64,000 bases of DNA from contig OZ199838.1 in assembly GCA_964304625.1 (NCBI GenBank), forward strand, positions 1,527,727 through 1,591,726, in the 5' to 3' direction. The translations under genes and the position numbers were made by a program. A model generated the notes under the pieces. The model ran no database searches. It had not been told where the DNA came from and was given only the letters and a program-made list of their open reading frames with translations. Of this stretch, positions 13,801 to 25,732 are shown one piece after another; positions within the stretch are counted from its first letter, which is position 1, and the number at the start of each line of letters is the position of its first letter. This DNA comes from Kudoa neothunni. Its lineage: Eukaryota; Animalia; Cnidaria.

Positions 13801-14743
13801 GAACCATCCGATGGTAGAAAAGTGAGGAAATATACGATTGAGACAAGTAATTAAAATAAAAAATTATATCACTAATAAAACTTTTTAGAAAATACCGATA
13901 TTACTATTACGCCCACATTGAATGGAGATAGTGCTTTGAAAGTCGAAGTGACTTGGGATGGAAAAGCTGGAGGTTCAAGATGTCCGTTTTTCTTGCAGGA
14001 AAAAACAGATACTGATGGGGAGGGACGAACTGTTACATGGTGTAATGATGATGTAGAATGCTCAGCCAATAACTGTAATATCAACATCGATATGTTGTCA
14101 AGAGAAAAAGATTACATATTGATGCTGAAAGTGAAGGATTATTCACTCTATAACAAGAAAATTATTCGATGTAAATAAATTTTTTTACAGTATTATAATT
14201 TGTATAATCAAATAATATTAATAATAGATTCAGAAATGGCTCAAACAACTCGGTAATAGATGTTTAATATAATCATATCATTATAATAATGTTTTAGTAA
14301 ATTAACTCCAAAAAATTTAAAAAGTAACATATTTATAGGAGGGCAAAATGTTAGGAGCGAGTATACGAATATTGAAATTGATGATATAACACAAAAAATA
14401 AAAATTGTTGAAGAAGGGTACATAATTTGTCTAATGTTTTTATAACACTTTATTTAGTATAATTTTTATCTAAAAAATAAAATATAGATAAAAAATACAT
14501 AGATAATAAGAAAATAGGAAAATTTGAAGTTGCAAAGAATAGTCATTCGTAGTTTTGGTTCGAATTTTCAAATTTAACATTATTAAGGTCATTTGGCACT
14601 TACATGTAATTAAGTAAGCAATCTGGTGTCGTATACCTTCTTTTAGATTGTATTCGATGATACCCATTGTAGCTTCAATCTTTGTGGCGATAGGACTGTT
14701 TGTTCACAGAAGAAATTCCAAAGAGACTACTGTTGACTTATGA
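7833..14743 (+). CDS. Large (about 2000 aa) type-I membrane protein with tandem Cys-containing fibronectin type III-like modules; four apparent frameshifts
   Basis: Signal peptide MTINLRFVSSIFLLFLVSSVVCG. About 20 exons, mostly bounded by phase-1 GT-AG introns. Repeated FN3 E-F strand motifs (SSLEPLTEY, NLDPKTNY, NLNADVKY, DLYSDATY, NLEEGTNY, NLVLGATY). C-terminal TM FGTYILYSMIPIVASIFVAIGLFV, then the tail HRRNSKETTVDL*. Confidence 0.8.
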
Positions 14744-15119
14744 GGATTAAATAGTCATTCCATAGAAATATTATTCTTTAATATATATTTTTTTAGAAAA
14801 AAATAATATAAATTTAATCTTCAAAAGATTTTTTGAGATAATTAAGTTAAATAATTGTTAATTCTTTTTATCAGAGTGAAACTGTACAGACATTATATAT
14901 ATTATAAAGTCATAAATACCATCATCATATAAATTCTTAATTTATGTATGTTGATAAGAATTAATTTTAACAAACATGATTTATTTTAGTTAACTGTAAA
15001 CTACATGGTTATTTAGGAGAACTCGATATGTAAAAATCAAAATCTAACAGTGTAAAAAATCAGGATAGTCAAATAAATCTTATTCTAGGAATATTTAGTA
15101 TTTTATGGTCGTGTTATAA

Positions 15120-15418
15120 CAGAGATGGGCAAATTAATGCCTGTGAGAGGTTTCAATGCGGCACGTGAGCTCTTTCGTTACGAACCTCTCAAAAATTTCA
15201 TATTACACAATATTCATCATGTATTTTATTCTCATTGCGCGAAAAACATTTTCTCGGATGTTGTCACCCATTCGATTTATAACGACTGAATTTAAAATAA
15301 AATATTATTGTTCCATTTGCATTCTTACATTAGTATAAAGGGATATTTTTGAATGTTGCAACCGTTGTCTTAACAAACGTACATTTTGTCTGCGGATAAA
15401 ACCGTTTTCCCATCCCTG
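15120..15418. mobile_element. hAT-type MITE (about 300 bp)
   Basis: Ends CAGAGATGGGCAAA (15120) and TTTTCCCATCCCTG (ending 15418) form imperfect 14-bp TIRs starting with CAG. The TSD is not cleanly preserved. Confidence 0.6.
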
Positions 15419-16542
15419 CCGTTATTTGATGATAATTGAGGATAAACAATTTGTTGAACATTTTACTTTTTTGAAACGTTATAACTAGGGCGTATAATTT
15501 TTGATTAAAATCGATTTGGATTGATTTAAACCGTCTACTAATCGGAGGAAAATAACCGGTTTTTAATTTTTGTCGAAGAGACGGTTTCCGCCGAAAAGGA
15601 ATGTTTGAAAATGGGAGGAAAACAACGCGAATTGACTAATTATTTGGTGTAATGGAACGATTTCGAAATCATTGAGGATTCAACGGTCTGTAAGTATTGT
15701 AACTATTGCAAGGGACATAACGAATTCTTGGAGATACAATCTGTTAGTGTTAATACACATTACTTATCATTAAATCTTTTAATTGATGCTCTTACTGCAT
15801 TGTATGATTCCTCAAAATTATTAGAAACAGACGAGAATTTCACATCACGGATGACTTTGTAATTAAGGGAGATAACTTGATCAATAATCGTAAAGATACT
15901 ATTGGCTTTGTTCCATTTGAATCTTCAAATAATTAGATATTTAAATGTGAAAATTTGTGCGATGCCACAAACGAAGAAATAAATCGATCAATACTCATAT
16001 ATTTAAGGAAACTTTTCTCCTCTTTAAATTTTTCATACGGTGAGATATATTGATGCATACATTCCAATTATTAATGATAAATATAATGTTTATTATTTAT
16101 TATGAAGTAAAGAGAAGATCGAAGTCAATAACGAATAAAACTTGATCGATATAAGCATATTGATGGTATTAGGCCATTGTTTACGAATGAGCTACGAACA
16201 TAATTTTCAATGCATTTAAAGATCGCATGAAATTTTATATCGTCATGATACACACGAATAAGATTTTCATTTTTTCTCTAATTTGAAGACAATGAATGGA
16301 TGATAAAAAATTTTTAAATCGTTACATCCAACTATTTTACGAAATGTATTATTCTCAGAGGACAAACAGAAAATTTTGGCATAAAAAGGTAAACAGGCGC
16401 CGTTAATCATAATCTGCCGAGTCAAATAGACCCATGTCTACATTAAAATATGTACACACACGCGCAATTTATTTATTTGAAAACAACGATTTAAAATATC
16501 AGAAAAATATAAAAAACTATACAAATTTCTCCAATCAATTAA

Positions 16543-18720
16543 TTAACTGGAGTCTGGTGCCCATCGATAGATGCTCAACGTAGTCTCAGACAGGGTGGAT
16601 ACAAAACAATACTGACCTATTGTGAAACTTTCAATATCTAGAATGTTGGAATCATCATGAGTGAGATTTTGGATAAGTTTTCCACTTGACACATCCCAAA
16701 CGATGGCCTATAATTAATTTGGTTATGTCACTAACAAAAGATCGATTTGTGGAAATACTGATTTGGCAGCTTCGTCTCCAGATATCACCATGGTTGTTTC
16801 TTGATTGGGCAGAGTTACAACGGCGGATCTACACATTTGAGAAGCACTATTCCCACCGGTGAATTCTTTGGAGACTTTGAATTGCAGAGGGGAGAGTGGA
16901 TCAAAGCGATCACCATCATCAACTTGGATAGAGTTTTGTAGAGGTTGGATAGTGCCAAACTAGAAACAGAAACAATAATACAAGAGGTGATAGGGGTAAA
17001 GCAATTAAAGAGTAGGATACAATACCCGATGAGTGACTTTTTCACGACCTACACCAGGCCTCAACGAGTAAAGACAATATTTATGACTGGGATCCACTTT
17101 CATCGACATAAAAGAACCTTTGATGGATGGAAAACGATGAGGAAAAGTTTGATGTTGAGTTTTCTCGATGAAAAATAGGCAGTCCAATGCTGTGGCGCAA
17201 ATTCCATGACGCTCTCTAAATAGAGTCATGTATTACCACCACCACCACCACCACATAATAAATGAGAGTGCCTTGAAGAAGTAGAGTCTTGATATTGGTT
17301 GATGTTGTTGGAAGAGGATGACACATTTATGGGTTTTAGAGACAAAACTGGTGCCCTAGTGGAGGTGAACCCAAACGAATTAGCGCTCATAGATTCCACC
17401 GCATCGACAGTGTTTCGAATGTCGTAAATGTTGACAGAACCATTAGCAAGGCCGGCATAAAGAATGTTGTTGTCGAATCGATCCCAACAGCAACTCCACA
17501 CTGGCGCATCAGCTTTGTATGTGAGAATAGTAGCATTTAGTTCAATGTTGGAAAGTTTGATAGTTTTATCCATAGATACAGTTAAAATTTGGTTGGGTAC
17601 GAGAGGTGAGAAAGCCACATCACGTATAACATTAGAATGAAGTCGAAAAAATTCGGTTTTTGTTCTCGAACTATAAAACTCTACACTATTAATCTATCCA
17701 ATGAGTATTTTATGTTAATTGTTATAGTTGTGGTGACAGCAATCGTGCAATACTTTAAGGACGCCGTAGCCGGGACAAAGATTCCAATTGGGTGAAGGTT
17801 TTGAAACAACGTGAATGCCCAACGGACGATTGTAAGAGCCCACACGACAACCTCCACTGGCACTTACTTTCATCGACGATACAAATTTGAATGATCCTTT
17901 ATTTTCTAATTTAAACTGTCCATCCACACCATCCATCATTGAAGCATCGGTGGAATTGGTAGTGGGATCGTGTGGTTTCACAGTGTCATTTTTAAAATCT
18001 TCATACATCGATTTGTAATGTCTTAGCTCAAGTTTGGTGTATTCGAGTTGGGAAAGAATCTGTTGGTACTTCAACAGAATTCGAGTTTCGGATTCTTCAG
18101 CTTCTCGTTTGAGTTTTTTTTCAATTTCTAAATTTCGAAGGGCACTACACGCGCGTAAAACCAATGTAAAAAAATCAAATAAAGAGAAACTCTACTTGTC
18201 TACTTCAGTTCGGTCAATTGCCACCAACTTTTTCACGAATAAATTCCTCAAATCTTTCACTCTAGATTTGGTATTGCATTGAGGGCATTTGGCGCTAACT
18301 CCCTTTTCGCGGAGCCATCTTTCGATACAACTAATACGTGAACAATCAGAACAAACTCACTTGTGATATTCATTACCTTCTACCAAACAAATGCCCACAT
18401 CTAAGAGAGCACACACGATGTCTACCAGTCGACGTCCATCCATCGAAACAAATAACGCATGTGAAATTCTATTTCTCCAATCAATCAAAGTAAACAATCC
18501 ACAAAAGTTGTACTTCTTCAGAGGCAGATAGTTGAGACATTAATTGTGAGGCTGGATTCGTTTGTTTCTGCGCTTGTGGATCCACTGCAATAGTGTCCAA
18601 ATGTGGTTGTTCTTCATGTGAATTTTCATCGAGTTCATCTTCGAATGAAGTGTCACAATCAGTTTCTCCCCTTTCATCGCTTATCTCAATAATTTCATGT
18701 TCACTATCATGACCAGACAT
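16543..18720 (-). CDS. RFWD3: E3 ubiquitin ligase RFWD3 (RING, coiled coil, WD40)
   Basis: RING: [40 protein letters not shown] coiled coil follows, then WD40 segments [18 protein letters not shown] and [24 protein letters not shown]. Seven exons join in frame, one via a probable GC-AG intron. Confidence 0.93.
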
Positions 18721-18841
18721 TTAATTATTTGAGATATATTTTTGGTTTTAGCTATAAAAATATTCAGGCGGTCTAAAATGCGATTACATTAATGTGCGCC
18801 AGACTTTGCGCAAATAAAGAACCTATGCGGGCGCAATTAAA
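18721..18841. promoter_or_regulatory. Bidirectional promoter between RFWD3 and PPP1R8
   Basis: Only 121 bp separate the divergent ATGs. The spacer has clustered GCGC motifs (GTGCGCC, TTGCGCA, GCGGGCGCA) in AT-rich DNA. Confidence 0.7.
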
Positions 18842-19053
18842 ATGCGTGGATCAGATGGAAAACCAGATCTCTACGAGCTCAATAAATCTGTCTACACCGT
18901 GCCTACGTGGTAATTTATTTTCTCTAATTGATTTCTGATCTACATGCTAAGTTATTATGAGGTTTCAATTAAATTGGTTTAATATAAGCTAATAATTTTG
19001 TCTAATTTTGCATTTTAATATTAATCATCTTCTTGTGGTTATATTTGATCGAG

Positions 19054-19096
<43 letters not shown>

Positions 19097-22000
19097 GTAT
19101 ATGATGGTTGACTTAGGGCTCTTAAAAAGTCTCCTCCATCTGGTTATAAACTCCAAATTTATAAAGACGCTCAATTAATTTCTGTAATAATATTTAAATG
19201 TAAAAAATATCTATGAATTTTGTAAGACTGTAAATGTTGATGAGAAACCTGTTTACTATTTGGGGAGACAACAAGAACAAGTTGATATCGTTACTGAGCA
19301 TGCTTCATGTTCAAGAACCCATGCCATTTTGATGTTCCATCACACTTTGGATAAATGGTATTTGGTTGATTTGAAGAGTGGTAATTAACATCCTATTTGA
19401 TTGTTGTTGTAACTTTTTGTAATGTCACCGACAATTATTGTTTTCAATCTTAGTACATGGCACGTACGTCGGCAAAACAAAATTAGAACCAAAAACACCA
19501 ACCCCTATTAGCACCGATGTGGGGTTTCGTCTCGGAGCATCAACTCGGCTATACAAACTATTTCGGGAATCCCTCCCGGATACTGGCGCGGATGAGGAAC
19601 AATCAGATTCTGAATACAAGGTATAATTATTGTTGAATTGGAGGGATTAATTTTCATAGCAAATAACCAATAAAAACACCAAATACAATGAATTGCTTCA
19701 TCTGGTGCCTCTTGTTGAGGGAGCCGAGCAAGAAAAAATCTCAAATAATAGAATTGCCGCTAAAAAAGTGGAATTCAAATCCAATGTCGAAATTGTAAAT
19801 CCCGGTATGTGTTGATTATTAAATGGCTTTATCATTCAAAAAGAATGTTTGCATTGGAGTGTATATGCCGTCAAAATTTAACTATTATAATTGTGATTTT
19901 GTTGTTAAATTTTTGGATGGAATTTAATTAATTTAATTAATTAATTTGAGGGCATTCGCGCGTTTTTGATAGAAATTTTGAGTCGTGTGACTATAATTTG
20001 TAATTAAAACACATTTAAAATATTTATAGTCATTATTAAACTAATTGACTTGAGAATTATTTATAGTTGAAGTTGTTCCCGCCAAAACTTTTTTTAATAT
20101 AATTGTCAGGTGTATATTTTCAAATTTTATTGAACCATAAAAACGCTATATTATTCCTTTAAGTAATTATACAAGGTTTGAATAGTCAATTGTATTTTAT
20201 TTTCTGCAAATAATGTGAATGAATAAAATGTTAACGCGTGCGAAAATATTATTTATGGTTAAATCTGGGAAGTGACGACTATTTTACATTTTCATGGATG
20301 GGAATATCTACTGGAATACGTGAGATATTAAAAATTTGATTTCATTAATATATTAGTCTATGTTTTTCGTAAAAATTTTATAGATTTTTTAAAATTATTT
20401 TCGGTGGAAAATTTCTGCAATAAAATCTGTATTTGTACAATCTCTCTATGCAAAAATCATACTTTTCTTGATTTAGTAATAGTATTTAATGCTTGTTTAT
20501 GGTATCCTTACCGAATTTATTCAAATTATCTATAAATTCGTACGTTACAGACTACTTTTCACACTTAATCCCATTATCTAAAAATAATAAAAACTGCGTC
20601 TGCCGAACCACCAATTATATTTTTAATGCAACTATTGTTTGTAGTTATTTTAATGATGTCCTCATTTTATGCTCGTTTGTTTAAAAATTTTTTTCTTTAT
20701 TTATTAAAATAATAGTTTTATTAAGTTAAATTAGCGGTAATTTAATATATCAATAGTAGATAGAAATTTTAATTTAATTCTTATTAAAAGATTTTTTGGA
20801 GAGCTAACAGCAGGCACTCTACTCACCTTCGACCTTCCTATAATATTTGTTTTGGATAGTTCCTCCAAAATAATATTAGATGCGTAGAGTGGCAGATAAG
20901 TTAAGTATTGCTGTTAAATGTGATATCACAAGACTTAAAAAATTCGAAATTATTATATTTTATTCTTTGAACTCTCATAGATTTCATGTTTTAGAAGAAT
21001 TTTGCGTTGTTAAAAATTGTTTGATTTTGCCTTTTATTGATCCCAATCTATAATTCTTGCGGTTGTCATAATAATTTTCAGCAGAACTTAAGCCAATGAT
21101 CCTTTTATTTATGGTTAGGTTCTTATTTTTGTCAAAATAAATATTGAGATTGGAGAGTCCGTGTCCGTATGATTTATCACGTAGGGAATCAAATTAATTT
21201 TTAATAGCTCTATAAACTATTTTATTGCAAATTTTCGTCACAAATATTATTTTCTCTGCATTTATTCCACACTTTCCTATTTGACTTTGACTTTGCGTTG
21301 GAATATTTGACAGAAATTAAACCTACATATCAAAAGTAAGCAGATTCAACATTAATCCATATGTGTTATTATCGCTGATATCTTTGTTTTCAATCAAGAT
21401 ACAACGTCAATTATTCATTTAACAACCATTTGCTCGAATCTTCTGGTTTTTCATTCATGATACATGCAGTCGTTATATGGTATGGTGGCTCAAGCCAAAC
21501 GAATCTTGTGTAGCCTTTATGAAGAGGAATACTCTGGACATAAATATGTCTACATTTAGAATATTTCAATTTAAGTGAAACATGAGTTAAATATTCAATC
21601 TTCTAAAAAATAATCGTGGTGATTCACATCATAAAATTCATCGCATAGTTTCAACAAAACTAAATGATTTTGCGTATAAACATATGACACAGAATAACAT
21701 AGCCCTTGATTATATGATATTATTGAAGTCAAATAAGAACTAACACTTTATATACAACAACTATTAAAATTATGAGATCATACGGTCGACGAATTATGCG
21801 CGTAACGTCCAGCATGACAATAATCAATCTTGTTACAAATTATAGAACTTAAGTGACTAACATACGATGTATAAACATTAAATATTGTTATTAAATCAAG
21901 AAAAATATGATTTTGGCCAATAGAACATGGATAAAATGTGGTTTTAAAAGATGAATTCCCGTTTAAGAATAGTTTGGAAATAATTATAAAATTTCTTGGG

Positions 22001-22549
22001 GAAAATACAGAATAACGTATTAATGGAGTCAAATTTTTAATATCTCACGTATTCTAGGAGATATTTCCATCCATGCAAATAGCCACCGACTTAATTTAAA
22101 TTTAAATAAATATAAATTTAAACTTAATTTAACTTAACTTACTTAACTTAAAATTAAACTTAAATTTGTGGGGACGAACAACAATATTTAGTAATAAACA
22201 AATTAATCAATCAATTAATTAATATAATTAATATATGATAATGTTTAACTAATCGCGATAATAAAATGTTATATTGTGTGTAGAAGAAATCGATCCTACT
22301 GTTGGAAGATATAGAAATTTGGTGAAAGAAACAATTGTTGTGGGCAAGGTAATTTCACAAATTAAATCAATTTAGATAGAGATAATGACTTACTTTTTTT
22401 ATATTTAGAACGGAAGAAAAAGAAAATCACACGATGAACAAATCTACGTTGAACCTTGTAAATTCGAACAAAGAAACAGCGCCAAAAAGTATCAGCAAGA
22501 AAAGTGGCCTTCCAGCCCAAGCGACACTAGTCAAGCACTTAAACCTTAA
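18842..22549 (+). CDS. PPP1R8: Nuclear inhibitor of protein phosphatase 1 (NIPP1)
   Basis: YTVPTWA; FHA domain GRQ..HASCSRTHA..DLKSVHGT..GASTRLY; PP1-docking RVxF-type motif KKVEF; EIVNPEEIDPTVGRYRNLV; C-terminal KKYQQEKWP. Seven exons, with a long intron at about 19805-22283. Confidence 0.93.
20290..22078. mobile_element. Non-autonomous DNA transposon with ~200-bp imperfect TIRs inside the PPP1R8 intron
   Basis: 20293 CATGGATGGGAATATCTACTGGAATACGTGAGATATTAAAAATTTGA is the reverse complement of 22029-22075. Similarity extends to AAAATCATACTTTTCTTGATTTA near 20455 versus 21892-21914. Confidence 0.75.
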
Positions 22550-23426
22550 ACATTAGTTTTTTGTTGACTGATACCATGTTTTTCTATTTTTTACTCAATT
22601 TCGTTTTTTACCGCCCATACCATACATTCCGGTCGAAGCCAATTTTGATTTAGAATTTTTTGTTGAGACCATTTGCCTCATAAAGAATTATACTTTTTTT
22701 CTATTGAATTAAATATTTCAACAATAATAATAATAATAATAATAATAAATAACAATCTTAGGTGTTAGTAGATATTCAAATTTTGCGTATTGTACCTAAC
22801 TAATAAAAAATAAGCTTTATTTTTTAATACTAATATAAGGGTTTGGAAATTGGTTAATTTAAATTGAGGTATTTCTGCGCAAATCAATGTGACATTAATT
22901 ATTGCGAAAAATTTCAAATTATTTATGAAATTTAAAGTTCTTCCCTCAACAAGAAATTTCAGTAAAATTAAAGATAGAAGGGATTAGATTCTAACTCGAC
23001 ATATTGACGTATTCTAATAAATAAAAAATTAACCCTAATTTATTTTATTATTTTATATATTAAAATTGATTTTAATAGACTTTAAATTTTAATCATTACT
23101 ATTTAAGTCCAATTTTTTTTGAGTCGCGCATGCTCAGTTAGTAAAAGATTTATCCTTATTTACCTAAGTCTAGCTAGATTTCTACATTTAAAATATCGTT
23201 AAATAGTTTTATCGGAATTAAAAATAAAGTATCCTGGGTATATTCTGTGTGAATACATGAATTAAGATAAAACATTTTATAGCAAATAAAACAAAATTGA
23301 CGAAATAATAATAAATTAAATTAGTCAAAATATAAATACAAATATAATTTAGAGAAAAAAAATAAACACACAATAAATATATAAATAACTAATAAATATT
23401 ATTACACAGTACATCATCCCTTTGAG

Positions 23427-25065
23427 TTAGTCGTACACAATTCTAGCAGTATGACCGTTTGAGAGTGTATACTCTACAAATAACGTACATACTTGTGTGA
23501 AATGGTAAAAAAATATTATCTCATAAGAGTCAATCTATTTTTATGGTTTTTTGGGGAGTGAAAAATTGTTCAAAATGGATTCTTTCACATCAATTATTTC
23601 GTTAGTGATAGGAGAATCCACATTTTTGAAATCGACTTCTTTAATGGCGGCGAGTATTTTCTGTTGTGTGACCAACACAGCACTGAATTTTTTATATGGT
23701 ATTTGTTTGTTTCGACTGTTTTGAATGGCTGTGGATAGTAGGTACATGAATTTGAGGCTATATTTTCATGAAAACAAACAAATTATGAGGAAAAATTGAA
23801 CAAAATACGTATATTCGGGTGGTGGAGGATAACCATTGGAATAACCTAAAGGTATTAGCCATGTGTGGATCATTTCTAAGAATCGCCAGAAAAACTAATA
23901 AACAAAATCAAACACGATCAAATTAACCAACCGAAGGACTAATACACAAGTAATCAAAATATACCAAGGTACAATTGAACTGAATTGTTTCAATTTTCAG
24001 GAAATAATCCACGCATCTTATATGATTATCCATTTCATTCACATCTCCAAGACCAAACATGATAATACTCACCAAACTGTCATTATCAAGAATCTACGTA
24101 ATGCGGAAATTTAAACACTGTTAACTTTAGAAAAAACAGAAAAAAAGCGCATACAATTGGATACTGGTCTGAATGAATTTTCTCGGATTTCAAAGCTTCA
24201 AAAATGCTTTTACTAACATAAACCTTATGAACCTATAAATGACCCCCAGAAATCGTCAATTTAATCAACTCACTGCGATAATTAAAAAATGATACATCAG
24301 AAAGTAAAAAAAACATTCGAATAAACATTTCGATTCCTTGGCTATAGTTGAGAATGAATGGATACAAAGGACCACTACAAGATCAAAAAATCAATAAATA
24401 TAATTGTAGAAGTAAATTTCCTTATTTATATTGTTTGGAATGGCGCTTATTATACACAAATTAACCGTGCTTTAAAAAATAAAATTACTCCGCTACAAAC
24501 GCCCTGATTCAGTAATCTATACAAAAATCTATCGAAAAATGAGCCATTTAATTTATTAATTTGTTTGTGAAAAATCATGTTCAAAATATATTTTGCCTCT
24601 ATCTTCTGTACATACAAAAATCATTACTAAATCTATTATACATGCAATTCCTTCACATGATGTTTAATTTTAACCACAGACAGCGGATACTGAAAAGCGA
24701 AAAATTGATAACGGGTGGCCTGTATTTAATAAATATTTTGTTGTACAAACTGGCCCAACGCTGTTCTCTTATTTATCACCATATCTGTGCAATATTCAAA
24801 AAATCAAATTTATATTTTTCATTAAATTCTTTATAATAATCCGTCCCCTCCTAAAAGTATAATTATCCATGACTGAACAAGATGAGAATATAATGTTTAG
24901 TATCATTGAAGAAATTTCAAATTAACGAATACGACATTGGCAACATAGTCAACCGGAATCAAATATCGCAAAAATGAGGTTCAAATTAAAGTATAAGATG
25001 TTCCATCTGTCCAATAGAGCATAATAACCAACGTTCAACTTGCCACAAAAATTATATGAAACCTA
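23427..25065 (-). CDS. Multi-exon coding region; possibly the C-terminal (PatC) part of PATL1 or a separate uncharacterised gene
   Basis: Short GT-AG-flanked open exons, e.g. KCLFECFFYFLMYHFLIIA-VHKVYVSK..QYPI-ILDNDSLVSIIMFGL, and a candidate terminal exon EYTLSNGHTARIVYD*. The exon chain is not fully resolved. Confidence 0.45.
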
Positions 25066-25732
25066 TGTCCAACCCCAATATACTAATATTTTGTGGAAAT
25101 TGCATCAAAAATTATAATTAGTACATTACATTTAACAAATTATTTACAAATTTTACAAGCTTTACAAAATTTAATATTTTTAACGTTTTTTATGGAGAAA
25201 ATTATTCGTAAAACTACTATTTCTATTCTATCCTAGGGTCAAAAACGACCTCAAACACATTTAAAGGTGAAAACTGTCGACTTGGTACTCAATACGAGTG
25301 TTAAATTCGCGCTTCAAAAAATTAAATGTAATGTTCATTTTTGCCTCAAAAAAACCGAAACTGCATTTGGAACCATCTAAATTGTAACCTATAATTTAAT
25401 ATTTCATTACCTATGGCGTAGGAGTAGTAATTTATTGGTTGAAAATAAAATAACAAAAACCCACGCGCAGGCACAATCTCGCAGATTGAAATTAAAATAA
25501 GCCGCGTCCCAACGTCGCTATTGCTATCGCTATTTAGCACCACGTGTGTAACTTTTAAATTTGTTGAAATGACCGCTCCAACTTTTGGATATTACATACA
25601 AAATTATTTAAAATTAAAATATTGAAAAAAATGTTTTCAGTCATTGAATTAAATTCGGGATTCAAAAGGTTAAATCACCAATTATTCGCAAACAATAGAA
25701 TTTATCGAAATATGCCGAAAATAAAAACATAC

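Noticed and set aside
16815-19744. Antisense or alternate-frame ORFs overlapping RFWD3 and PPP1R8
   Set aside because: These are shadow ORFs of real coding exons with no independent support.
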